The notes beneath the pieces were generated by a model that had not been told where the DNA came from, made no database searches, and worked only from the letters and a program-made list of their open reading frames with translations. A stretch of 64,000 nt of DNA from an uncultured Pelagibacteraceae bacterium (lineage in GTDB: Bacteria; Pseudomonadota; Alphaproteobacteria; Pelagibacterales; AG-422-B15). Shown piece after piece: positions 1-9,462 of this stretch. The translations under genes and the position numbers were made by a program. The stretch is from positions 85,427 to 149,426 of the forward strand of contig CACIQL010000001.1 of the NCBI GenBank assembly GCA_902588785.1. The letters are read 5' to 3'. The first letter of the stretch is position 1. The number at the start of each line of letters is the position of its first letter.

Positions 1-84
1 AAGTTAGATTTTAAGCCACGGCCAAGATGGCCGTTAGATAAGAATGCTGTATTCATGAAAGGCAAGAGAGCTGTTGAAGGATAA
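1..84 (+). CDS. tsaD: tRNA N6-adenosine threonylcarbamoyltransferase TsaD/Gcp, C-terminal fragment (5' end outside window)
   Basis: Frame +1 is open from the window edge to TAA at 82-84. The translation KLDFKPRPRWPLDKNAVFMKGKRAVEG carries the RPRWPL C-terminal motif typical of TsaD. tsaD-gpsA adjacency is common in alphaproteobacteria. Confidence 0.55.
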   Translation, partial: KLDFKPRPRWPLDKNAVFMKGKRAVEG

Positions 85-1072
85 AAAACAATATAAAATT
101 GGTGTAATTGGTGCAGGCGCATGGGGAACTGCATTAGCAAATATTGTTGCAAAAAAAGAAAAAGTTATTTTATGGGCAAAAGAGAAGAGTGTTTGTGATA
201 ACATCAAGAAGTTCTCTGAAAACAAAAGATATCTTCCTAAAATTAAATTAAGTAAAAAAATAAAATGTACGACATCGATTGTTGATGTAGCTGAATGCGA
301 TATATTATTTTTAGTTTCACCTGTTCAATATTTATCGACAAACTTACTAAAACTTAAAAAAATTATTGAGACAAAAACAATATTCGTTTGTTGTTCTAAA
401 GGTATTGAAATGAACAGCTTAAAATTACCAAGTGAAATAGTCTCCTCTATCTTTCCAAAAAATAAAGTCGCAATTATTTCAGGACCAAATTTTGCAGCAG
501 AGATTGCAAAAGACTTGCCAGCCGCTACGGTCGTTGCTTCAAAAAATGATCAGGTTGCAAATAAAATTGCGCAGCTTATTAAATCTCCAACATTAAGGCC
601 TTACTTATCTGATGACATTATTGGTTCACAAATAGCGGGTGCTCTAAAAAATATTTATGCAATTGCCAGCGGTATTGTCTTTGGAAAAAAATATGGAGAA
701 AACGCTGTTGCTTCGATTATATCTAGAAGTTTTGCAGAAATAAAAATTGTGGCCCAATCCATGAACGCAAAAAAAAGTACGCTCGCTGGACTGTCTGGTA
801 TGGGGGATTTATTCCTTACATGCTCATCAAAAGAGTCTAGAAATTTTTCTTTAGGAATTGATCTTGCAAAAGGTAAAACACTTAATCAAATCATTGAAAA
901 AAAGTTTTCTGTCGCTGAAGGAGTATTTACTGTTAGGGCATTAAAAAAACTATCTACTGATAAAAAATTGGATTTACCAATCAATGACGCTATTTATAAA
1001 GTCTTATACCGAAAGAAAAATATTGATGTTACAATTCGAGAACTTTTAAATAGGCCAATCACAAAGGAATAG
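74..1072 (+). CDS. gpsA: NAD(P)H-dependent glycerol-3-phosphate dehydrogenase
   Basis: 332 aa with N-terminal Rossmann motif IGVIGAGAWGTALA and full-length GpsA-like architecture. TTG start overlaps the upstream stop. Confidence 0.9.
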   Translation: MKDKKQYKIGVIGAGAWGTALANIVAKKEKVILWAKEKSVCDNIKKFSENKRYLPKIKLSKKIKCTTSIVDVAECDILFLVSPVQYLSTNLLKLKKIIETKTIFVCCSKGIEMNSLKLPSEIVSSIFPKNKVAIISGPNFAAEIAKDLPAATVVASKNDQVANKIAQLIKSPTLRPYLSDDIIGSQIAGALKNIYAIASGIVFGKKYGENAVASIISRSFAEIKIVAQSMNAKKSTLAGLSGMGDLFLTCSSKESRNFSLGIDLAKGKTLNQIIEKKFSVAEGVFTVRALKKLSTDKKLDLPINDAIYKVLYRKKNIDVTIRELLNRPITKE

Positions 1073-1073
1073 C

Positions 1074-1490
1074 ATGAACTACTGGTTAATGAAATCTGAG
1101 CCTGAAACATGGTCATGGGAACAGCAAGTAAAAGCTGGTAGCAAGGGTGAAGGCTGGGATGGCGTGAGAAATTATCAAGCATCCAACAATATGAAAAAGA
1201 TGGAGAAAGGAGATCTTTGTTTTTTTTATCACTCGGTCAAAGAAAGAGATATTGTTGGTATAGTAAAAGTCGTTAAGAAATATCATCCTGATCCTACAGA
1301 TAAAACAAAACGCTTTGGAATGGTATCTGTGGCGGCTGTAAAAGCCCTTAAAAATAAAGTTAACCTTGCTCAGATAAAGGATCATCCAAAACTTAATCAC
1401 CTAGCTTTAGTTAAACAGTCGCGCCTCTCAGTCATGCCGATTGATAAAAAGTCATGGACAATTATTTGCAATCTCGGCGGTATCAAATAA
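1074..1490 (+). CDS. EVE (PUA-like) domain protein
   Basis: 138 aa starting MNYWLMKSEPETWSW, the characteristic EVE-domain N-terminus. Starts 1 nt after the gpsA stop. Confidence 0.8.
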   Translation: MNYWLMKSEPETWSWEQQVKAGSKGEGWDGVRNYQASNNMKKMEKGDLCFFYHSVKERDIVGIVKVVKKYHPDPTDKTKRFGMVSVAAVKALKNKVNLAQIKDHPKLNHLALVKQSRLSVMPIDKKSWTIICNLGGIK

Positions 1491-1502
1491 GATAATTTCC
1501 TT

Positions 1503-3443
1503 ATGAGTGAAAATGAAAAGTTTGAGGTGAGCAGTGAATGGTCTGCAGAAGCACAGATTAATACTGATAAATATAATGAATGGTATGAAAATTCTCTCAA
1601 TAATAATGAAGAGTTTTGGAGTGAGCACGGCAAAAGAATTGATTGGATTAAACCATATTCAAAAGTAAAAGACGTTTCTTACAATAGAGATAATTTCTCA
1701 ATTAAGTGGTACTACGACGGTACACTTAATGCATCAAGTAATTGTATTGATAGACATTTAAAAGATAAAGCAGATCAAACCGCAATCATTTGGGAAGGCG
1801 ATGATCCAGTAGATTCAAAACATATAACTTATAAAGAATTACACAGTGAGGTATCAAAGCTTGCTAACGGCATGAAATCACTTGGTATTAAAAAAGGTGA
1901 TCGTGTAACTATTTATATGCCGATGATTCCAGAAGCGGCTTACGCAATGTTGGCGTGCACAAGGATTGGTGCAATTCATTCTGTTGTATTTGGTGGTTTC
2001 TCTCCAGACTCATTAGCTGGAAGAATAAGTGATTGTAAATCAGATATTGTGATCACTGCGGATGAAGGCGTAAGAGGGGGCAAAGCAATTCCATTGAAGA
2101 AAAATACAGATGAAGCAATTTCTATCTCGGGTGGAGTTCGTCATTGTATTGTTGTTAAAAGAACAGGTGGAGATATTGGTTGGGTCGACGATAGAGATGT
2201 TTGGTATCATGAATTAACTGAAAAAGAATCTGATGATTGTCCACCTGAAGAAATGTCAGCAGAAGATCCTCTCTTTATATTGTATACATCTGGATCAACT
2301 GGCAAACCAAAAGGAGTTATGCACACCACTGGTGGTTATATGGTTTACGCCTCGATGACACATCAATATGTCTTTGATTATAAAGATGGTGACGTTTATT
2401 GGTGCACGGCAGATGTTGGTTGGGTCACAGGGCACAGTTACATTGTATATGGCCCGTTAGCGAATGGTGCCGTCACTGTCATGTTTGAAGGTGTCCCAAA
2501 CTATCCAAGTGCCTCTAGATTTTGGGAAGTGGTCGATAAACACAAAATTAATATTTTTTATACTGCACCAACTGCAATAAGGGCATTGATGCGGGAAGGT
2601 GAAGATCCTGTTAAAAAAACAAGCAGGTCGTCACTTAAATTACTTGGGACTGTTGGAGAGCCAATTAATCCAGAAGCATGGATGTGGTATTATAATGTCG
2701 TTGGGGACAAAAAGTGTCCGATTGTCGACACGTGGTGGCAAACAGAAACAGGAGGAATTTTAATTACACCTCTGCCTGGTGCGATTGCTCAAAAACCAGG
2801 TTCAGCAACAAAACCTTTCTTTGGAGTCAAACCTGAAATTTTAGATGCTGAAGGAAAAATTCTTGAAGGTGCTTGCGAGGGTTCTCTTTGTTTAGCAGAC
2901 TCTTGGCCAGGACAAATGAGAACAGTTTACGGAGATCATAAAAGATTTATTGAAACCTATTTTTCTCAATTTGATGGAAAATATTTTACGGGCGATGGCT
3001 GCAGGAGAGATGAAGACGGTTATTACTGGATCACTGGAAGAGTTGATGATGTTATAAACGTATCTGGTCACAGAATGGGAACAGCAGAGGTTGAGTCAGC
3101 TCTCGTTGCTCATCCAAAAGTTAGTGAGGCAGCAGTTGTTGGTTACCCTCATGATATTAAAGGGCAAGGTATCTATGCGTACGTTACGCTCAATGCAGGT
3201 GAAGAAACATCAGACGAATTATATAAAGAACTTGTTGCATGGGTTCGTAAAGAAATTGGTCCAATCGCATCACCAGATTTAATTCAATGGGCACCCGGAC
3301 TTCCAAAAACCCGATCAGGAAAAATTATGAGAAGAATTTTAAGAAAGATTGCAGAAAATGATTACAGTAATTTAGGTGATACATCTACATTAGCAGAACC
3401 AGCTGTGGTCAATGATCTTGTTGAAAATCGAATGAACAAGTAG
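1503..3443 (+). CDS. acs: acetyl-CoA synthetase (AMP-forming)
   Basis: 646 aa with AMP-binding signature [19 protein letters not shown], and C-terminal [13 protein letters not shown] typical of Acs. Confidence 0.95.
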   Translation: MSENEKFEVSSEWSAEAQINTDKYNEWYENSLNNNEEFWSEHGKRIDWIKPYSKVKDVSYNRDNFSIKWYYDGTLNASSNCIDRHLKDKADQTAIIWEGDDPVDSKHITYKELHSEVSKLANGMKSLGIKKGDRVTIYMPMIPEAAYAMLACTRIGAIHSVVFGGFSPDSLAGRISDCKSDIVITADEGVRGGKAIPLKKNTDEAISISGGVRHCIVVKRTGGDIGWVDDRDVWYHELTEKESDDCPPEEMSAEDPLFILYTSGSTGKPKGVMHTTGGYMVYASMTHQYVFDYKDGDVYWCTADVGWVTGHSYIVYGPLANGAVTVMFEGVPNYPSASRFWEVVDKHKINIFYTAPTAIRALMREGEDPVKKTSRSSLKLLGTVGEPINPEAWMWYYNVVGDKKCPIVDTWWQTETGGILITPLPGAIAQKPGSATKPFFGVKPEILDAEGKILEGACEGSLCLADSWPGQMRTVYGDHKRFIETYFSQFDGKYFTGDGCRRDEDGYYWITGRVDDVINVSGHRMGTAEVESALVAHPKVSEAAVVGYPHDIKGQGIYAYVTLNAGEETSDELYKELVAWVRKEIGPIASPDLIQWAPGLPKTRSGKIMRRILRKIAENDYSNLGDTSTLAEPAVVNDLVENRMNK

Positions 3444-3449
3444 TTTCTT

Positions 3450-3866
3450 GTGAGTGATAAAAATATTGTCAAAGCCTTAATTGAAGAACACAAAATGACT
3501 CCACATCCTGAAGGGGGTCATTACGTAGAGATTTTTAGAAATGACGATGTCACTCATATATATTTTTTACTTGAAGAACACGAAAATTCCCACTGGCACA
3601 GAATAACAAAAACCGAAACTTTACATTTTTATTCAGGCAGTCCTCTAAACATATACACATCAAAAGACGGTGAGGAATACCAAGTTAATGAGATAGGATC
3701 TAATAATAATTTTATATACACTGTAGAAAAAGAAACTTGGTTTGCCTTGAAATCTACTGGAGCGTATAGCTTAATTGGATGCACGGTCGCACCCGCTTTT
3801 GCATTTGAAGATTTAGAACTGGCCCCAAGGGATTGGAAGCCATCTAAATTTAATCATAAACTCTGA
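3450..3866 (+). CDS. cupin-fold protein (DUF985-like)
   Basis: 138 aa with GTG start. PHPEGGHY near the N-terminus and HFY..G motifs resemble the DUF985 cupin family. Confidence 0.6.
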   Translation: MSDKNIVKALIEEHKMTPHPEGGHYVEIFRNDDVTHIYFLLEEHENSHWHRITKTETLHFYSGSPLNIYTSKDGEEYQVNEIGSNNNFIYTVEKETWFALKSTGAYSLIGCTVAPAFAFEDLELAPRDWKPSKFNHKL

Positions 3867-3888
3867 TTACAAATCAATAGGTATTAAT

Positions 3889-4107
3889 TTAGCAGCAGCC
3901 ACAACTTTTGTTCTTAGATTGACTATCAACTTTTGAAGTTGCACATTTGATTTCTTCAAGATTTTTTTCAGCTAATTGCATTTTTTTAATCTTATCTTCA
4001 ATATATTCATGAAGAGAAGCAAATCCTAATTTTGCCGCTCTCTTTTCTTCATAAGGCCTGCGTCCTTTAAGATTTTCAATTATTTTTATTACTTCAGGAT
4101 TTTCCAT
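3889..4107 (-). CDS. small hypothetical protein with C-terminal CGCC cysteine cluster
   Basis: 72-aa ORF, ATG start, charged and apparently helical body, ending ...SQSKNKSCGCC. No family recognised. Confidence 0.5.
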   Translation of the reverse strand: MENPEVIKIIENLKGRRPYEEKRAAKLGFASLHEYIEDKIKKMQLAEKNLEEIKCATSKVDSQSKNKSCGCC

Positions 4108-4184
4108 GGTAAATCATTAAAATAATAAACTTAATTTGCAATATTAAAAAAGATGGATCCCGATAAAAAATAAGTAAATTAAAG

Positions 4185-4340
4185 CTAAAAATCTGAAGTA
4201 ATTCCTTTTTTTTCCCAGTCTCCAAAGCGGGTTGGTTCTGGACCATCTGCGCCACCTATTTCTTTTTTCTTTTTAGGTAATTTGGCGTCAGTTTTCTTGT
4301 CTTCTTTGTTCTCGACAGCCTCTGTATTTTTATCGTTCAT
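4185..4340 (-). CDS. DUF1674 / SDHAF4-like small protein (51 aa, below the ORF-track cutoff)
   Basis: Manual translation of the minus strand gives MNDKNTEAVENKEDKKTDAKLPKKKKEIGGADGPEPTRFGDWEKKGITSDF, with stop TAG at 4185-4187. The C-terminal GPEPTRFGDWEKKG..DF matches the conserved DUF1674/SDHAF4 signature (GPEPTRYGDWE+KG...DF). Confidence 0.7.
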   Translation of the reverse strand: MNDKNTEAVENKEDKKTDAKLPKKKKEIGGADGPEPTRFGDWEKKGITSDF

Positions 4341-4437
4341 ATATATAATGTAATCTCTATTTGTCGCTAATCAAAGTATGAAAACAGTGGGAAACAACAA
4401 ACCTTTCTGTTATACAGAGAAATAATGCTTCACAATA

Positions 4438-5094
4438 ATGTCGGTTAAAATATCACCTTCTATACTAGCATCAGACTTTTCATCATTAGGGGATGAGGTC
4501 GTTAACATCACTCAAGCCGGGGCAGACTACATACACGTAGATGTAATGGACGGACACTTTGTTCCTAATCTCACAATAGGTCCAGATGTGGTTAAATCAA
4601 TAAGAGATAAATCTTCATTACCGTTTGATGTTCATTTGATGATCGATCCTGTCCAACCTTATATTGAGAAGTTTGTTGAAGCTGGAGCTGATATTGTTTC
4701 AGTTCATCCCGAGGCAAATGATGATACAGAAGCATGTTTGAATAAAATTAAATCATTAAATACAAAGGCTGGACTTGCAATCAACCCAGATACTGAATGG
4801 GAAGTGGTGAAACCCTTTATGGATAAACTTGATCTCATTTTAGTAATGAGCGTTCACCCAGGTTTTGGTGGTCAGAAATTTATTCCAACAGCTCTTGATA
4901 AATTATCAAAACTTAGAGAAGAAATAAATAAGTCTGGTAGAGAAATTGATCTAGAAATCGATGGCGGTATTAACTTTGATAACGTGCAATCCGTAATTGA
5001 TGCTGGAGCCAATATGATTGTGGCAGGTACCACAACTTTTAAAGGTGGCCCAAGTGAGTATGCAAATAACATTGAAAAACTAAGAGGCCATTGA
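4438..5094 (+). CDS. rpe: ribulose-phosphate 3-epimerase
   Basis: 218 aa with ISPSILASDF, HVDVMDGHFVPN and MSVHPGFGGQKF motifs typical of Rpe. Confidence 0.95.
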   Translation: MSVKISPSILASDFSSLGDEVVNITQAGADYIHVDVMDGHFVPNLTIGPDVVKSIRDKSSLPFDVHLMIDPVQPYIEKFVEAGADIVSVHPEANDDTEACLNKIKSLNTKAGLAINPDTEWEVVKPFMDKLDLILVMSVHPGFGGQKFIPTALDKLSKLREEINKSGREIDLEIDGGINFDNVQSVIDAGANMIVAGTTTFKGGPSEYANNIEKLRGH

Positions 5095-5095
5095 G

Positions 5096-6661
5096 TTGGA
5101 TATAAAAATTAAAACTGCACTGATATCTGTTTCAGATAAATCAGGTTTAGAAAAAGTTGTTCAATCGCTCAAGGAACATGATATTAAAATAGTTTCAACG
5201 GGTGGTACGGCAAAATCAATTGCTGACATGGGTATTGACGTAACGGATGTATCCTCTTTAACCAATTTCCCAGAAATGATGGATGGACGTGTAAAAACAT
5301 TACATCCAAATGTGCACGGTGGTTTACTTTCAAAAAGAGATGACAAAGACCATGTTCAGTCTCAAAAGGATCATGACATAGAAGACATTGACTTAATAAT
5401 TGTAAATCTTTACCCCTTCGAAGAAACAATAAAATCAGAGAAAAATGAGGAAATTTGTATAGAAAATATTGATATTGGTGGCCCGGCAATGCTGCGATCA
5501 GCGGCTAAAAATCATCAATTTGTCACCGTAGTTACTGATATTAGCGATTACGATGAGCTCATTAATGAGATCAATAATAACAATGGCTCAACCACATTAA
5601 AATTAAGAAAGAAACTTGCCGCAAAAACATTTTCGACCACTGCTTATTACGACTCTTTAATCAGTAATTGGTTTCACAGAAATACAGAGGAACCAATTAA
5701 AATGTTTACAACTTCTGCGGAATTATCTTCTACACTTCGCTACGGTGAAAATCCTCATCAGTCAGCAAGTCTCTATAAGTCATCAATGCAACAATCAGGG
5801 ATACCACATGCAAAGCTACTTCAAGGAAAAGAGTTGAGTTATAATAATATTAATGATGCTGACGCAGCGTTACAGTTAATTAAAGAATTTGATGAAGACA
5901 CTCCTAGTGTTGCAATTATCAAACATGCAAATCCTTGTGGTGTTGCTAGCGGGGGGTCGCTGTGTGAAGCGTATATGAAAGCACTATCCTGTGATACCAC
6001 TAGTGCATTTGGAGGTATCATCGCACTTAACCAAACAATCGATAAAGAAACAGCCTCAGAGATTATAAAAATATTTACTGAAGTTATTATAGCCCCTGAT
6101 GTAAGTGATGAAGCTAAGGAAGTTTTTAAATCGAAAAATAATTTACGAGTTTTGACTTTATCATCAATACAAAAAAATAATAATTCTCAAAACTACAAAA
6201 GTATTGAAGGAGGAATTTTAGTTCAATCAAATGACGAAGCAAATACAACTAAATCTGATCTAAAAGTAGTCACAGAAAAAAAACCAAGCAAAAATGAAGT
6301 CGAAGATATGTTGTTTGCATTTAAAGTTTGCAAACATGTAAAGTCAAATGCGATTATCTATGTCAAAAATAAAAAAACAATTGGTATTGGTGCTGGGCAA
6401 ATGAGCAGAGTAGATAGCGCTAAAATTGCCTCACAAAAAAATAGTGAAATGGAAAAGTCTGAAGAAAACTCGCTTGAAAATTCAGTGGTTGCATCGGATG
6501 CATTTTTTCCATTTGCTGATGGACTGCTTGTTACAATTTCATCTGGAGCAAAAGCAGTTATTCAACCTGGGGGCTCTGTTAAAGATGATGAGGTGATTGA
6601 AGCTGCAAATAAAGCTGGTATTTCAATGGTATTTACAGGTGTAAGACACTTCAGACATTAA
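5096..6661 (+). CDS. purH: bifunctional AICAR transformylase / IMP cyclohydrolase
   Basis: 521 aa. MGS-like N-terminus (ALISVSDKSGL, GGTAK), AICARFT domain, and C-terminal FTGVRHFRH typical of PurH. TTG start. Confidence 0.95.
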   Translation: MDIKIKTALISVSDKSGLEKVVQSLKEHDIKIVSTGGTAKSIADMGIDVTDVSSLTNFPEMMDGRVKTLHPNVHGGLLSKRDDKDHVQSQKDHDIEDIDLIIVNLYPFEETIKSEKNEEICIENIDIGGPAMLRSAAKNHQFVTVVTDISDYDELINEINNNNGSTTLKLRKKLAAKTFSTTAYYDSLISNWFHRNTEEPIKMFTTSAELSSTLRYGENPHQSASLYKSSMQQSGIPHAKLLQGKELSYNNINDADAALQLIKEFDEDTPSVAIIKHANPCGVASGGSLCEAYMKALSCDTTSAFGGIIALNQTIDKETASEIIKIFTEVIIAPDVSDEAKEVFKSKNNLRVLTLSSIQKNNNSQNYKSIEGGILVQSNDEANTTKSDLKVVTEKKPSKNEVEDMLFAFKVCKHVKSNAIIYVKNKKTIGIGAGQMSRVDSAKIASQKNSEMEKSEENSLENSVVASDAFFPFADGLLVTISSGAKAVIQPGGSVKDDEVIEAANKAGISMVFTGVRHFRH

Positions 6662-7407
6662 AAATTAATATAAAAGTAGTCTTTCACATTATCTTGATGA
6701 GTGAATATTCCCTTTTTGATAAATTTAAAATTATGTTCCTCAAGGAAACTAGAGGTTTTAACAAACTCTTGATCAAAAATTTCAATTTGCAAGAAAATGC
6801 GATTATTTTTAATTAAATTTGCCATTCCTTTTAGCACCAATAACTCTAGTCCCTCTACATCAACTTTAATTGCAATTGTACTGTTTATGTCTTTTAGGAC
6901 ATTATCTCCACATACTTGCTCTATTTTCATCTTACCTTCAGTACTCAATTTTGCACCACCAGATTGGTATTCCCCAAATCTCGAACTTGCCAAAAGGTAA
7001 CCTTCTTTATTCTCATCGGACAAAGCAAGGTTATGACATTTAATAATATTAGAAAAATTATTTTGCTTAACATTCACTTCCATTCGTTCGAATGCTCCTT
7101 TATGCGGTTCAAAAGCATCAATTGTTATATTTGGAACATTGTTCGCTATCGTTAAAGCATAGATTCCGATATTTGCCCCAACATCGATGAAACGTTTTAT
7201 ATTATACTTATTTATATTTTCAATTAGGTATTGTATTTGTTTTTCTTCGTAGTAACCCGTAAAAAAAATTTCACGGTCGATTGAGTCTCTAATATCAAGA
7301 TTGAGTTGAATATCATTTAGTTTGAATGATAGTTTTTCTTTTTTTATTAAAAATAAAAACCGTCTTAAAAAACTTTTTCTTAGCTTCTGAATTTTTTTTT
7401 TGAACAT
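6658..7407 (-). CDS. FkbM-family SAM-dependent methyltransferase
   Basis: FIDVGANIGIYAL SAM-binding motif and FkbM-like length. I place the start at the internal ATG (7407, MFKKKIQ...), because the longer ORF to 7482 overlaps the upstream gene by 67 nt. Confidence 0.75.
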   Translation of the reverse strand: MFKKKIQKLRKSFLRRFLFLIKKEKLSFKLNDIQLNLDIRDSIDREIFFTGYYEEKQIQYLIENINKYNIKRFIDVGANIGIYALTIANNVPNITIDAFEPHKGAFERMEVNVKQNNFSNIIKCHNLALSDENKEGYLLASSRFGEYQSGGAKLSTEGKMKIEQVCGDNVLKDINSTIAIKVDVEGLELLVLKGMANLIKNNRIFLQIEIFDQEFVKTSSFLEEHNFKFIKKGIFTHQDNVKDYFYINF

Positions 7408-7415
7408 TGAGAGAT

Positions 7416-7910
7416 CTATTTTTTTCTTTTTTTTATTATTCCATAAATTAAAACTAAGATCGCAATTGAAATAGCAATCCACTTCAATGAGGTGGCCATG
7501 CTAGCTAGATATACATGTGTTTCGCTAACATTTGGAAAGTTTAAAATCAGTCTCGTAATCTGAACATTTTCTAAAATATCAAAGCTGAAGGCAATTAATG
7601 GTATATATAAAATAAGTTCTGAACTTTTGAATAATTTGATGTAAGCACCAAGAATTAATGAGGTATATAAAATAGGATAAAGTGTATCCAGTATAAGTGA
7701 GGAGAGAACATAGACACTTCGACCATCAGAACCAATTGCATTAAAATTTCTGATAACATTTTCTTTGCTGTAAAAAAGTTCAAGATCGAGCATGTTTGCA
7801 AAAATGTTATGCGGAAGAAAAATAAAAATTAGACCACAGATATTAAGTAGTACAAAAATGATAATTTGAGATCTAGTGGAAGAAACTAAGTAAAGATATT
7901 TTTTGATCAT
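7416..7910 (-). CDS. hypothetical integral membrane protein (about 4 TM segments)
   Basis: 164 aa with several hydrophobic helices and a lysine-rich C-terminus. Its start overlaps the upstream MFS stop (ATGA). No family recognised. Confidence 0.55.
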   Translation of the reverse strand: MIKKYLYLVSSTRSQIIIFVLLNICGLIFIFLPHNIFANMLDLELFYSKENVIRNFNAIGSDGRSVYVLSSLILDTLYPILYTSLILGAYIKLFKSSELILYIPLIAFSFDILENVQITRLILNFPNVSETHVYLASMATSLKWIAISIAILVLIYGIIKKRKK

Positions 7911-9250
7911 TTATCTGACACAAAATACATGCCAATAATGCCAATCAAATTAAAAAATACTATTGAAATCATTGCATATTGAAGACTATCAGTGAAAGCG
8001 AGTATTAGTGACATTAGTCCTGGGACAAGCCAAGCTGTTGATTTTCCAGCAAAAGCATAAAGACCAAAAAATTCAGTCATCTTTTCTTGTGGGGAAAGCT
8101 TCACCATTAATGCACGTGATGCAGTTTGAGCAGGACCATAAAAAATTGAAATACCAATAACTACACAAATGTATGTAACTTGACTTACAGAATTAAATAT
8201 TCCAAATGTAAATTCCTCAACACCAGCTGAATATTCATCGACAGTAAAAAAATAAAATATTGTATCTTTATCGATTGATAATCCTAAAAGTCCTGAAACT
8301 AACAATCCCCAAAGAGATAAGTTTATTACATTTTTAGAACCAATAAGATCATTTAAATAGCCTCCATAAATTGAACTTGGTCCTGACAAGATATTTAAGA
8401 TAATTCCAAGTATTAAGACTTGAGTGAGCGACATCCCTACTACAAGACTTGCGTAAACCCCACCCACTACAAACAACGCATTCAAAGCATCTTGATAAAA
8501 CATCCTTGTTATTAAGAACGTGAATATATTTTTATACTTTCTAGCTTCTTTAAAAGTATTGATAAAATTAGTAAGTCCAATCTTAATTGAGCTAATCACA
8601 GTAACATCACTTTTTTTAAGATCTGGAGTAAATAAAAATAAAGGAACAATAAATACCGCATACCATATTGCGCATAGTGGTCCTACAATTCTTATATGTT
8701 CATATTCATTTGTATTCAAACCGTACAGATTTTCTGTTTCACCTCCGGGCCAAACAAATATTATTAAAAATAAAATTAATGCGATAAGACCTGCGATATA
8801 ACCAACACCATAACCCATACCACTTAACCAACCAGAGTTCTCAGGAGTTTCAATAGTTGCTAGAACTGAGTTGTTAAAGACTTCTGAAAATCCAACCATT
8901 GCGGATGCAAGAATTAATCCAAACATCACTAGCCAAATACCATCAGGAGCGCCTGGAGGTGAATACCAAAGCAACACCATACCAAGTACAAACAGTGCAG
9001 ATGTAATTCCCATTAATAGTTTTCGGTTTCCTTTTATGTCCGTAATAGATCCTAGAATTGGACTTAAAAGGGCAATAGCTAAACCTGAGATTGTTTGTGT
9101 CAGAGTTAGTTTTTGAGCTCCGTCTTCAGCAGCAATAAAGACATCTGTAAAGTAAACAGAAAATACAAAAGTCATAATCAATGTGTAAAAAGGCTGATTT
9201 GCCCAATCAAACATTGTCCATGAATATCTACCTAGTTTTGAAGCTCTCAT
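7907..9250 (-). CDS. MFS transporter, UMF1/Atg22-like family
   Basis: 447 aa and polytopic. The N-terminus SWTMFDWANQPFYTLI is characteristic of the Atg22/UMF1 MFS subfamily. Confidence 0.8.
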   Translation of the reverse strand: MRASKLGRYSWTMFDWANQPFYTLIMTFVFSVYFTDVFIAAEDGAQKLTLTQTISGLAIALLSPILGSITDIKGNRKLLMGITSALFVLGMVLLWYSPPGAPDGIWLVMFGLILASAMVGFSEVFNNSVLATIETPENSGWLSGMGYGVGYIAGLIALILFLIIFVWPGGETENLYGLNTNEYEHIRIVGPLCAIWYAVFIVPLFLFTPDLKKSDVTVISSIKIGLTNFINTFKEARKYKNIFTFLITRMFYQDALNALFVVGGVYASLVVGMSLTQVLILGIILNILSGPSSIYGGYLNDLIGSKNVINLSLWGLLVSGLLGLSIDKDTIFYFFTVDEYSAGVEEFTFGIFNSVSQVTYICVVIGISIFYGPAQTASRALMVKLSPQEKMTEFFGLYAFAGKSTAWLVPGLMSLILAFTDSLQYAMISIVFFNLIGIIGMYFVSDK

Positions 9251-9296
9251 AAGATGAGTTTATACAAACTATCTTCTATTGTGGTCTTTTTTATTT

Positions 9297-9371
9297 TGGA
9301 GCGAGTGAAGGGAGTCGAACCCTCGACCTAAACGTTGGCAACGTTTCGCTCTACCACTGAGCTACACTCGC
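9297..9371 (-). tRNA. tRNA-Gly (anticodon GCC), CCA encoded
   Basis: The minus strand reads GCGAGTG TA GCTC AGTGGTA GAGC G AAACG TTGCCAA CGTTT AGGTC GAGGG TTCGACT CCCTT CACTCGC TCCA. This is a complete cloverleaf of 75 nt with anticodon loop TTGCCAA. Confidence 0.9.
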
Positions 9372-9462
9372 AATATTGCTTGTTCTAATAGAAAAAGCCT
9401 TGTTTTTCAAGATAAGCGGATTATTTCATTTTTATAACAACTATTGTATTATTTTTAGTAAC

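Noticed and set aside
34-225. 63-aa minus-strand ORF overlapping the gpsA 5' end.
   Set aside because: It lies entirely antisense to gpsA/tsaD coding sequence, and no family resemblance is apparent.
3889-4107. RiPP (modified peptide) precursor interpretation of the CGCC-tailed small protein.
   Set aside because: No cyclodehydratase, radical SAM, LanM/LanB-type enzyme, peptidase or dedicated exporter is nearby. The neighbours are a cupin, a DUF1674 ORF and rpe. The idea is kept only as a minor alternative within the finding.
7392-7401. A10 homopolymer right after the FkbM start codon as a phase-variation switch. Similar T/A runs occur elsewhere, for example near 60168 in the lpoA-like gene.
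   Set aside because: Lys-rich AAA runs are frequent throughout this AT-rich window. Without population data showing length variation, this is not distinguishable from background.
6658-9371. Genomic island integrated at tRNA-Gly.
   Set aside because: There is no integrase, and I could not see a direct repeat of the tRNA 3' end. The far boundary overlaps purH's stop codon, so there is no room for an att site. It is kept only as an accessory-like operon, not as a mobile element.
9376-9462. Long upstream extensions offered by the ORF track for several genes: the LON-domain gene, the porin to 18450, the lipoprotein from 18612, dnaK to 57177, the SDR to 52487, FkbM to 7482, and hisA from 15 nt inside hisH.
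   Set aside because: In each case an internal ATG reproduces the canonical family N-terminus or a signal peptide. It also removes overlap with a neighbouring gene or the tRNA, so the shorter models are used.
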